64,000 nucleotides of DNA, from positions 212,725-276,724 of the forward strand of contig CAZGXX010000002.1 in the NCBI GenBank assembly GCA_964530085.1, written 5' to 3'. Both the position numbers and the translations under genes were made by a program. Numbering within the stretch: the stretch's first letter is position 1; every line of letters starts with the position of its first letter. Under the pieces are notes generated by a model. The model was not told the origin of the DNA. It ran no database searches and saw only the letters and a program-made list of their open reading frames with translations. Shown piece after piece: positions 36,074-44,502 of the stretch. The stretch is from an uncultured Azospirillum sp. (lineage in GTDB: Bacteria > Pseudomonadota > Alphaproteobacteria > Rickettsiales > UBA3002).

Positions 36074-37791
36074 GGCGACTTCCTTCCAGTAACCATACTT
36101 TCCATTTTCGAGCGTATACCCTGATGCCCCGGCGTGCCACCGGCGACTGCTCCAAGATTCGGCATCTGGCCAAAGTCACCCACAAGGTCATACGCCACCA
36201 TCGGTATGACTTTAAGCAGGCCGTTCATAACAAACACCACCACCGCTGCAAAAATCACCGCGGCCATGGCCTCTTTTGAAACCTGCTCGGCTTTATCCTG
36301 CGCCTGATCGCCAGCCGGAACACTAGTATCAATCACCACCGCCGGATTGCGCACATCGGCCACCAGTTTCCAGTTGATACTCGTTTTCCAGATACGGAGT
36401 GGATAGCTTTGCGCGCATTGCTGTTTAAGGTCTTGGTCATCTTTAGAAAGCTTGCTATCGTCTGTACTCATTAATGCCTTCGTACATTTACTATTTTCTA
36501 GCCCGCTGATAGCATCGCCGGCCACCGTTCCATCGGTTGGTGTCGGGTCCTTGGTATCGCCCTTTATCTGTCCGAGATCAAACGGCACTTCACCTACCAA
36601 CCTGACGATATCGTCAGGATTCATATTCTGAGCTGCCTGACAAGGTGTTTGGGGCTGCGGGCAAAGACATGATGAAGGATTAGATTTGTCGCGGTCGCAA
36701 GTAAGATAATAATTCAGGCTGAAATCGCTCTGGCGCGATGCCTCCCCCGCGATACGGTACATCACTGAATAATCGCCCGAGAACGTGGCGAGATCCACCG
36801 CCGAAATACTGAGCACCACAAACACCAGAATAATAACTGGCTGCAAGGCAAAGGAAATGACCAGCTTCAGCCATTTATCAAAATAAGCTTTGGTGGCCTG
36901 AAACAGCAGCATGGGAATAAACAAGGGCCCCGCCATCATCAGCACTGCAATACCGAGATATCCGGCAATATAAATAAACAGCGCCTTAATAATAAGGCTG
37001 ATGATACCCCAGATAAAAATCAACCCGATGATGGCAAGAACAAAGCCCATGACCGATGAACTATAGGCACTAAAAAAGAAGTATAACATACCGCGCGAGA
37101 GGCCTTGATCTGCGTTTTTTAACTTCTCGTTATAAGCTTTCCCTTGCCCCAGTGCCGTTTGTGAAATCCCGCCTAAATTCTCAACTTTGATACCAATCAC
37201 CGTGTCGAGAATACAATCCATGGCCAGCCACGGCCCAGAAATATACTTCGCCGAGGTCGCGCTCGACTTCACATCATTCATATTCTTCAGGCAGTTTATC
37301 TTGCTAAAATCACTGCCTTGCGTGTTATCAGCCGTACCATTCTCCGGTACAAAACTGACAACCGACTGCGCTACTGAATCCATCATCGTAATGGTCTGAT
37401 GGTATAAATAGTCCGTATTCATGGCAAACGTGCTCACCGCCGCGATTTTGATCAGCAGCATAATAGAGTCGCGCCCGACCTTCTCGAGCATACCGAACGC
37501 TGCCATAATCCCAAAAACAATCACCGCCAGCGTTGTTGTTCCGGCAATAGCCTTCTTCACAAGCGGGTAGAAACCTGTGTTGCTATCAAAAAACTGACTT
37601 GTTGCTGAATCGAGCGTCTCGCGAACGCAGCCTACGATATGATTGGTGAGGCCCACATACCCACTTTGCATTTTCACACGATTACCAGCGGCATCGGTCT
37701 GGTAACTGCTGCAGGTAGTGCTGATGGCAAGCTGCGCACGCGAACTGCTTGCCGCGAGAGAAACCCCAAGCATCACGACAATAACAAGCAT
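36070..37791 (-). CDS. virB6: VirB6/TrbL-family T4SS inner-membrane protein, paralog 1
   Basis: ~573 aa from the ATG at 37791 (signal peptide MLVIVVMLGVSLAASSS). The ORF-track GTG at 37854 lies inside virB4. Polytopic core plus a Cys/Pro-rich C-terminal extension. Confidence 0.75.
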   Translation of the reverse strand: MLVIVVMLGVSLAASSSRAQLAISTTCSSYQTDAAGNRVKMQSGYVGLTNHIVGCVRETLDSATSQFFDSNTGFYPLVKKAIAGTTTLAVIVFGIMAAFGMLEKVGRDSIMLLIKIAAVSTFAMNTDYLYHQTITMMDSVAQSVVSFVPENGTADNTQGSDFSKINCLKNMNDVKSSATSAKYISGPWLAMDCILDTVIGIKVENLGGISQTALGQGKAYNEKLKNADQGLSRGMLYFFFSAYSSSVMGFVLAIIGLIFIWGIISLIIKALFIYIAGYLGIAVLMMAGPLFIPMLLFQATKAYFDKWLKLVISFALQPVIILVFVVLSISAVDLATFSGDYSVMYRIAGEASRQSDFSLNYYLTCDRDKSNPSSCLCPQPQTPCQAAQNMNPDDIVRLVGEVPFDLGQIKGDTKDPTPTDGTVAGDAISGLENSKCTKALMSTDDSKLSKDDQDLKQQCAQSYPLRIWKTSINWKLVADVRNPAVVIDTSVPAGDQAQDKAEQVSKEAMAAVIFAAVVVFVMNGLLKVIPMVAYDLVGDFGQMPNLGAVAGGTPGHQGIRSKMESMVTGRKSP

Positions 37792-37814
37792 TATTCTGAT
37801 GAGGCTTGATCGAC

Positions 37815-40211
37815 TCACAGTGCACTCACTCTTTTGGTAAATATTGGTAACCACGCATTCACATCATCGCCCACTTCGGCGCGGATTTCGTCGAGCAGGC
37901 CGACGGTTTCCGCACGGCCAGAGAGTACATGAACAATATCCGTCATTCCGCTCAGATCAATCCGCGCGACCACCACGTCCTTACCTTGCTTCACCAGAAA
38001 ATAACGCGACCCCGGATCTGTATTCTTGAGGAGATTAAACTCACGCTCTGAAAGCATAAATGCCTTACGATAAGGCTCGGTAGCCTTAGGGTTCGGCAGG
38101 AAAATTTGCGTTGCCGTCTGCTGGATCAACGTATCGGAAATCGAGCTTCCAACAGCATCTTCCACGCTTTGCGTAGCGAACACCACCATGCCGTTCAGCT
38201 TCCGCAGGGTCTTCAGCCAGTCTTTAATTTTGACAGCAAAAACTTTGTTATCCACCAGCGCCCATGCCTCATCGAGGATGATAATAGTCGGCGTGCCATC
38301 AAGCGAAATCTGGATGCGATGGAACAGGTAAAGTAGCACCGGAATCAGGCAGACTTTGTTCGCCAGAACATCCCCCATCTCAAAGCCAAAAACGTTGCTG
38401 CTTTTAAAATTGATTTTATCTTCTACCTGGTCAAAAAGCTGCGCATAACGCCCATTACTGTGCCATTGCTTAAGACGCGTCGCGAGGCTGCCTGCCACCT
38501 CCATCCCAAAAAACGGCGCGATATTGTGTAGCACTCGGTCTTCTTTACGCAGCTTAAAGCAGCCATCAATCGCCCGGATGACAGTTTCGTTTTCCTCAGC
38601 TGTCAGCGGCTCATCGTGGATCGACACAAGCGAACTCAACCACTCCGCAATAAAAGTACGGTTTTCCATCGTGTCGTCGAGCTGCAATGGATTGAAATAA
38701 CACTGCCGGCCTGGGTCGATATGCGCATATTGCCCATTCAATGCTCGCACAAAAATCTCAGCACCGCGGTCTTTATCGAACATGAACATGCGGCAATTAA
38801 ACTTCAGCGCCTGCGCTGCGAGGAAGTTCATCAACACCGTTTTACCCGCACCCGTTGGCCCGATAATGGTGGTATGCCCAACGTCCCGCGCATGGAAATT
38901 AAAGAAGAACGGCGTACCGGAGGTAGTATCAAACACCGTCACGGCATTTCCCCAATGATTTCCATCAATACGGCCAACCGGATAGTTATGCATCGCCGCG
39001 AACCCGGCAATATTCAGCGTATTGATTTTCGCTGCACGACCAATATATTCGAAATTACCCGGCAACTGCGCCCAATAGCATGCTTCAAGCACCAGCTTTT
39101 CGCGCACCGGATTGACCCCCACATTCACTAGCTCAGCAATCACCATCGCAATTGAACTCTCGAGCGCCACGAGGTTATCCTCGATACAGAGCACCGTCAT
39201 ATGATGCTCACCAAACGCGATATGACCCGACATCGTCATATCAAGTGCTTCAGAAATCTCTTGCATCTGACTAACGGCAACATCACCACTTTGCAACATG
39301 CGACGCTGCTGCAACTGCATCGACTGCATGTTGTTTCCACGATTAGCAAACCGATAACTCTGGCTAATCACAAACTCAAATGGCAATTGCAAAAATGCAT
39401 CCATTATACCTGCGGCCGTGTGTGGTGAATATTCCTTGATACTCACTATACCCGCATAACGCGTTCCAGTGGGCGAACGCACCTCAATTGCACGTGAACC
39501 GAAATAGAGACGGTTCACTGGCAAATAATGGGCAATATCGATCGTAGGAACGAGCATTTTTTGTGTATCCCCAGCATTCACCAAACGCCCCAAGAACTCT
39601 AGCGGTTCAGATGCCGGCCCTGACTCAGTCATCTTCGTCGTCAGCACCGCAATGCCATAATCTTTAAACGTCGCAAGCACACGATAGACGGCTTCTTTTA
39701 GCTCTTTGTGCATCTCTTGCAGCTGAATTGATTCAGCGCCTTTGTTGGTCTTTTTTTCAATTTTATTGAAAATATTCTCGAGCTTCGCTGCCCCCTTTTC
39801 ATCCTGCTTACGAATGATTGTGATATATAGCTCATTTACAAAAGTAGAGCGCGCATGATGCTTTTTTTTCCAACTATCATCGACATATTTGGCAAAGCCA
39901 GTAGGCAGCGTTCCACCAGGATACGCGCTCTGACGACGACGTATCGTATGAAAATAAAGACTAAAGGTCCCCTCTGCCATACTTTTATACAGCGAGTTGC
40001 GAACCATTTTCTTCATGTCCACGACGTCATCATCTGCTGTTTCAAATGAGAACCCATCAATCTTGAGGATCTGCATCAATTCACCATTTTTGGTGATGAT
40101 GGTATCTTTGTCCCAATGATGCTCATAAGGAATAAAGTCGGCCATTGAAATTTCGCGAGCTGCGTATTTCGCTTTTGATGTCTTTCTGGGTGTCAATGGC
40201 TTCAGCAACAT
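37815..40211 (-). CDS. virB4: T4SS ATPase VirB4
   Basis: 798 aa. Walker A GPTGAGKT, Walker B IIILDEAW, N-terminal FIPY...IITKNGELM region typical of VirB4/CagE/TrbE. Confidence 0.92.
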   Translation of the reverse strand: MLLKPLTPRKTSKAKYAAREISMADFIPYEHHWDKDTIITKNGELMQILKIDGFSFETADDDVVDMKKMVRNSLYKSMAEGTFSLYFHTIRRRQSAYPGGTLPTGFAKYVDDSWKKKHHARSTFVNELYITIIRKQDEKGAAKLENIFNKIEKKTNKGAESIQLQEMHKELKEAVYRVLATFKDYGIAVLTTKMTESGPASEPLEFLGRLVNAGDTQKMLVPTIDIAHYLPVNRLYFGSRAIEVRSPTGTRYAGIVSIKEYSPHTAAGIMDAFLQLPFEFVISQSYRFANRGNNMQSMQLQQRRMLQSGDVAVSQMQEISEALDMTMSGHIAFGEHHMTVLCIEDNLVALESSIAMVIAELVNVGVNPVREKLVLEACYWAQLPGNFEYIGRAAKINTLNIAGFAAMHNYPVGRIDGNHWGNAVTVFDTTSGTPFFFNFHARDVGHTTIIGPTGAGKTVLMNFLAAQALKFNCRMFMFDKDRGAEIFVRALNGQYAHIDPGRQCYFNPLQLDDTMENRTFIAEWLSSLVSIHDEPLTAEENETVIRAIDGCFKLRKEDRVLHNIAPFFGMEVAGSLATRLKQWHSNGRYAQLFDQVEDKINFKSSNVFGFEMGDVLANKVCLIPVLLYLFHRIQISLDGTPTIIILDEAWALVDNKVFAVKIKDWLKTLRKLNGMVVFATQSVEDAVGSSISDTLIQQTATQIFLPNPKATEPYRKAFMLSEREFNLLKNTDPGSRYFLVKQGKDVVVARIDLSGMTDIVHVLSGRAETVGLLDEIRAEVGDDVNAWLPIFTKRVSAL

Positions 40212-40214
40212 CGT

Positions 40215-40511
40215 TTAGAACACATCGTACGAATTAGTGTGATGATGAAATGCGCGATTCCAACTTTGGAAGCCAGTTTTCATCCGTAGCATCCAAAGCT
40301 CTACCGCGCGCGGCTCCTTCTGGCACAATAAATAGCCAAAAATATGCACTACCCCACCAAACGGCATTGCCAAAAAAGACTTGGTGTTGATGAACATGAT
40401 AGTAGTCAGCATCGCGTTGACCACGAAATACATGTAACTGACGCCCATAATCATGGGCGGACGGGCAAGCCCCTGAAATAATGGATCCGCACGTAAACGG
40501 CCACCAGCCAT
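40215..40511 (-). CDS. virB3: T4SS protein VirB3
   Basis: DPLFQGLARPPMIMGV motif followed by two TM helices. The ATG at 40511 is preferred over the TTG at 40535. Confidence 0.85.
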   Translation of the reverse strand: MAGGRLRADPLFQGLARPPMIMGVSYMYFVVNAMLTTIMFINTKSFLAMPFGGVVHIFGYLLCQKEPRAVELWMLRMKTGFQSWNRAFHHHTNSYDVF

Positions 40512-40686
40512 ATCCACCCCTGTCTTTTTATGCAACCTACTGTATAGTATGAATTACCAAGCAGAAGCAGGCTGCACGTACAATTACCAATAACTGATTA
40601 TAACAGCTATTTACTAAAATTGTGTAAAGATCTGGCGCTTTTTTCACATGAATATGAAAATAGATGCGCGAGGTGTGACACCCTCA

Positions 40687-41583
40687 CTACAGCCCTACCA
40701 ACGCGCGGGCAAAATCCTCGGCGATGAAGGGTTGCAGGTCGTCCGCCCCCTCACCCACCCCAATGGCATGAATGGGCAGTTTAAATTGTTCGGCAAGCGC
40801 CACCACAATCCCCGCTTTCGCCGTGCCGTCGAGCTTGGTAACAATCAACCCCGTTACACCCGCAACTTCACGGAATGCCTTCACCTGCGCCAGTGCGTTC
40901 TGCCCCGTGGTCGCATCGAGCACCTGCAGCACCGCATGCGGCGCATCCGGTATCAGCTTGCGGATGACCTTGGTGATTTTCGCCAGTTCCGCCATTAAAT
41001 TATCCTTGGTGTGCAGACGCCCCGCCGTATCGATAAACAGAATATCCACCTTCTCCGCCAGCGCCCGCTCCACCCCGGCATAGGCGACCGAGGCCGGGTC
41101 GGCATTCTCAGCACCGCGTACAAAGCTCGCACCACTGCGCTCGCTCCAGCGCTCAAGCTGTTCCACCGCTGCTGCGCGGAACGTGTCGGCTGCCACCAGC
41201 ATCACCTTATTCCCCGCGCGGACATAGCCATTCGCAAGCTTGCCAATGGTCGTCGTTTTGCCGTTACCATTCACGCCGACGACGAGAATCACCCGTGGGG
41301 CAGCGCCTGTCACATCCATCTCGCGCGCATAAGGCGCAAGGCGCGTGGCGATTGCATCCGCGAGCAACTGCTTGAGTTCCCTTTCGTCGATGTCTTTATC
41401 CACCCGCTCGCGCGCGATTTCGGCGGTCACTGCCGCGGCCACGCCTGCGCCCATGTCCGCCATAATCAGCGAATCTTCGAGCTCCTCCAGCGTCGCCGCA
41501 TCGAGGCGCCGCTTGGTGAACACCGCGCCGAGCGAATCGGTCGTTTTCTTTAAGCCTTCAGAAAGTCGTGCAAACCAGCTCAT
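40687..41583 (-). CDS. ftsY: signal recognition particle receptor FtsY (short form, no acidic A domain)
   Basis: NG domain with GVNGNGKTTTIGKLA, DTAGR and TKLDGTAKAG motifs. Confidence 0.9.
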   Translation of the reverse strand: MSWFARLSEGLKKTTDSLGAVFTKRRLDAATLEELEDSLIMADMGAGVAAAVTAEIARERVDKDIDERELKQLLADAIATRLAPYAREMDVTGAAPRVILVVGVNGNGKTTTIGKLANGYVRAGNKVMLVAADTFRAAAVEQLERWSERSGASFVRGAENADPASVAYAGVERALAEKVDILFIDTAGRLHTKDNLMAELAKITKVIRKLIPDAPHAVLQVLDATTGQNALAQVKAFREVAGVTGLIVTKLDGTAKAGIVVALAEQFKLPIHAIGVGEGADDLQPFIAEDFARALVGL

Positions 41584-42818
41584 GCCGCATATACCATGCT
41601 GTTATCCGCCCGCGCGATGGTGACGCGCTGCACGCTTCCCACCTGCGCCCCAGCAGCAAGCCGCACCAACGCGAAGCCCTCGCTATGGCCGCTCATGCCG
41701 TCCTGCTCTACCACCACGTCGAGCATTTTGCCCACCTGCCGCGCGAGATAGGCCGCGAGTTGCTTCTCCCCCGCCGTGCGCAGCATCGCCGCCCGCGCCT
41801 TACGCACGGGGGATGGTACTTGCGGCATCCGCGCTGCCGGCGTACCCGGGCGCGAGGAATACGGGAAGATATGCAAATGCGTAAGCGCCACTTCGTCCAC
41901 CAGCCGCAGGCTGTTTTCAAACATCGCGTCCGTCTCGGTCGGGAACCCGGCGATGATATCTGCGCCAAAAACCATGTCCGGTCGCAGCGAGCGAACACGC
42001 TCACAAAACGCGACGATATCGTCACGCAAATGCCGCCGCTTCATGCGCTTGAGCACCATGTCGTCGCCCGCCTGCAGGCTGATATGCAGATGCGGCATCA
42101 GGCGCGGCTCCTCGGCGATGAGGCGATACAGGTCTTCATCCACTTCAACGGCATCAATGGAAGAGAGACGAAGCCGCTTCAGCTCCGGCACAGCCGCGAG
42201 CACGCGACGCATCATCTGCCCCAGCGTCGGTTCGCCGGGCAGATCCTTGCCGTAGTCGGAGACATCCACGCCGGTAAACACAATCTCGTTATAGCCGCTC
42301 TCGACCAGCGTGCGCACCTGCGTCACAATCTCGCCCATCGGCACCGAGCGCGAGTTACCACGACCAAACGGAATAATACAAAACGTGCAGCGATGGTTGC
42401 AGCCATTCTGCACCTGAATAAATGCCCGCGCGCGGCCATCGAAGCTCGCCACGAGGTGCGACGCCGTTTCCTTCACGCTCATGATATCATTCACCTGCGC
42501 CCGCTCGGTATCGAGGCTGAGATAGGGTGCCGCCGTCATTTTCTCCTGATTGCCGATCACCGCGCTCACTTCGGGCATGCTGGTGAACTGCTCTGGCCGC
42601 ACTTGCGCCGCACAGCCCGTCACCACAATCCGCGCGTTCGGGTTAGCTCGCCGCGCCTTACGAATCGCTTGCCGCGCCTGCTTTTCCGCCTGCGCCGTGA
42701 CGGAACAGGTGTTGAAAATAATCGTATCCTTTAAACCCGCATCGGCAGCATGCCGCTTCATCACCTCACTTTCGTAGGTGTTCAGTCGGCAGCCGAATGT
42801 GACAATGTCGATGGTCAT
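41580..42818 (-). CDS. mtaB: tRNA t6A37 methylthiotransferase MtaB (radical SAM)
   Basis: 412 aa. N-terminal MTTase Cys (FGCRLN, NTCSVT, GC), radical-SAM CNHRCTFC, TRAM-like C-terminus. ATGA overlap with ftsY. Confidence 0.85.
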   Translation of the reverse strand: MTIDIVTFGCRLNTYESEVMKRHAADAGLKDTIIFNTCSVTAQAEKQARQAIRKARRANPNARIVVTGCAAQVRPEQFTSMPEVSAVIGNQEKMTAAPYLSLDTERAQVNDIMSVKETASHLVASFDGRARAFIQVQNGCNHRCTFCIIPFGRGNSRSVPMGEIVTQVRTLVESGYNEIVFTGVDVSDYGKDLPGEPTLGQMMRRVLAAVPELKRLRLSSIDAVEVDEDLYRLIAEEPRLMPHLHISLQAGDDMVLKRMKRRHLRDDIVAFCERVRSLRPDMVFGADIIAGFPTETDAMFENSLRLVDEVALTHLHIFPYSSRPGTPAARMPQVPSPVRKARAAMLRTAGEKQLAAYLARQVGKMLDVVVEQDGMSGHSEGFALVRLAAGAQVGSVQRVTIARADNSMVYAA

Positions 42819-42829
42819 AAGAAGTATCT

Positions 42830-42915
42830 AGTATTCGGTATTCGGTATTCAGTGAAGAAAATACGTAAAGCAGTTCCAATTCGGAAAAATCACTAAATAC
42901 CGAATACCGAATACT
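42830..42915. repeat. 25-bp inverted repeat (1 mismatch) with internal GTATTCG heptamer repeats, 36-nt spacer, in the dapF-mtaB intergenic region
   Basis: Left arm agtattcggtattcggtattcagtg (42830-42854). Right arm cactaaataccgaataccgaatact (42891-42915). Confidence 0.7.
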
Positions 42916-43747
42916 AAATACTAATTTCTCCCTCAAACACATAGGCAACCGCACCGCTCATCAGCACGTCGCCTTGGGTTTCCTCGTCGCCTTTTTGCCA
43001 GTCTATGTTAAGAGTGCCGCCGGGCAGATGCACCGTAACGCTGCGCCCTGTCAACCCGCGCTGATGCGCTGCCACCAACGCCGCACAGGCCGCAGAGCCG
43101 CAGGCCAGCGTAATGCCCGCGCCACGTTCCCACACCAGCATTTTCAGCTCGGTTTCGCTCATCACCTGCACGGCGCTCACGTTCGCGCGCTCCGGGAAAA
43201 GCGGGTGATGCTCCAGCTTTTCGCCCCACTCTGCCATTTTGATATGGGCGAGGTCGCGCACAAAGAAAATCATATGCGGATTACCCATCGAGACCGCGGC
43301 GGGGTCGAACAACAGCCCCTCCTCAATCCCCAGATGCAGGGTATTGCGCGACTCGGCGAGCGGAATCTCCCGCCACGCCAGGCGTGGCGCGCCCATATTC
43401 ACCTGCACCGCGCCATCCGCCATGCGCCAGCCTTTGCGAATGCCAGCCTTGGTTTCAATCGTTGCCTCGGTCGCCGAACGCTCTTTCATCAGAAAATCTG
43501 CGACACAGCGCGTCGCATTGCCGCAAGTAGAAATCTCCGAGCCATCGGCGTTGTAAAGCGTCATCGTTGCATCCGCCGCGCTGGATTTACCCAGCACCAC
43601 CAGCTGGTCGCAGCCAATGCCAAAATGGCGGTCACAAAGCTGCACAGCCGTTTCTTTCGTCATGCTCAGCCCACGGCTGCGGGCATCCAGCACCACGAAA
43701 TCGTTGCCCGTGCCGTGCATTTTGAGGAAGGGTGTGTTGGTACTCAT
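42914..43747 (-). CDS. dapF: diaminopimelate epimerase
   Basis: FLKMHGTGNDFVVLD start. Both catalytic Cys contexts are present (CGNATRC, ACGSAACA). Confidence 0.92.
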   Translation of the reverse strand: MSTNTPFLKMHGTGNDFVVLDARSRGLSMTKETAVQLCDRHFGIGCDQLVVLGKSSAADATMTLYNADGSEISTCGNATRCVADFLMKERSATEATIETKAGIRKGWRMADGAVQVNMGAPRLAWREIPLAESRNTLHLGIEEGLLFDPAAVSMGNPHMIFFVRDLAHIKMAEWGEKLEHHPLFPERANVSAVQVMSETELKMLVWERGAGITLACGSAACAALVAAHQRGLTGRSVTVHLPGGTLNIDWQKGDEETQGDVLMSGAVAYVFEGEISI

Positions 43748-43756
43748 CGTTATCCT

Positions 43757-43826
43757 TTGTCATGCCAGCGCAGGCTGGCATCCAGTTTTATATTTTGTCT
43801 GGATACCAGCTTTCGCTGGTACGACA
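43757..43826. repeat. compound palindromic intergenic repeat (two hairpins, GTCAT...ATCCAG family)
   Basis: gtcaTGCCAGCgcagGCTGGCAtccag, a spacer, then ctggaTACCAGCtttcGCTGGTAcgac. The two halves are inverted copies of each other. Confidence 0.5.
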
Positions 43827-43832
43827 AGTAAC

Positions 43833-44306
43833 CTAGAACGGAATTTCGTCATCCAGTGCGGCTTCAGCGACGCGGGCGCGTTGCGGCGCGGCGTTGCTGT
43901 AGCCACGGTCCTGATTATACTCATCGCCACCGCCGCTGCGCTCACCGCTGCCGCCTTTGCTGTCGAGCAGCGTCAGATTGCCGTTGAAGTTCTGCAGCAC
44001 CACTTCGGTCGAGTATTTTTCCTGGCCGTCTTTGTCCGTCCATTTGCGAGTTTGCAGCTGGCCTTCGATATAGACCTTGCTGCCTTTGCGCAGATATTCC
44101 TTCGCCACGCGGCCGAGATTCTCGTTGAAAATCACCACGCGGTGCCATTCGGTTTTCTCTTTACGCTCGCCGGTGGCGCGGTCTTTCCAGCTCTCGCTGG
44201 TGGCGAGGCGGAGGTTCACAATCTCGCGCCCATCCTGCGTTGCGCGCACTTCCGGGTCGAACCCGAGGTTACCTACAAGAATCACTTTATTGATTGAACC
44301 GGCCAT
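43833..44306 (-). CDS. ssb: single-stranded DNA-binding protein
   Basis: [17 protein letters not shown]-fold N-terminus, Gly-rich linker, acidic tip DDEIPF. ATG at 44306 with a GGAGAAAG SD. Confidence 0.92.
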   Translation of the reverse strand: MAGSINKVILVGNLGFDPEVRATQDGREIVNLRLATSESWKDRATGERKEKTEWHRVVIFNENLGRVAKEYLRKGSKVYIEGQLQTRKWTDKDGQEKYSTEVVLQNFNGNLTLLDSKGGSGERSGGGDEYNQDRGYSNAAPQRARVAEAALDDEIPF

Positions 44307-44412
44307 GACTTTCTCCTTCCGAACACATGATACAAGGCGACTATCATAGGCGGCAGGAACGGCTTTGCAACCGCGAAAGCGCCCCTGTGGATTCATCCGG
44401 CAGCACCACCAA

Positions 44413-44458
44413 TTGTCACACAATCTTCACAATTGTTAACAAAAAACTGTGCTAGGGT
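44413..44458 (+). promoter_or_regulatory. Pho-box-like direct repeat promoter (class II, 22-nt gap)
   Basis: TTGTCAC-ACAA-TCTTCAC, 22 nt, TAGGGT (44453-44458). Confidence 0.45.
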
Positions 44459-44502
44459 GCGCGGCATTAGAAATGAATAAAACAACAAAAAAGGAGACCA
44501 TT

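Noticed and set aside
37792-37854. ORF-track start of the first virB6 paralog at 37854, overlapping virB4 by 40 nt.
   Set aside because: 37854 is a GTG inside virB4. The ATG at 37791 gives a typical signal peptide and leaves a 23-nt intergenic gap.
43617-44297. 226-aa plus-strand ORF opposite ssb.
   Set aside because: It is antisense to a canonical SSB gene and runs through the intergenic palindromic repeat.
44321-44371. Possible alphaproteobacterial SOS boxes (GAAC-N7-GAAC type) upstream of ssb: gaacacatgatacaa and gaacggctttgcaac.
   Set aside because: Both have an imperfect second half-site (ACAA, CAAC). No matching box was found upstream of uvrA. The evidence is insufficient without a PWM scan.
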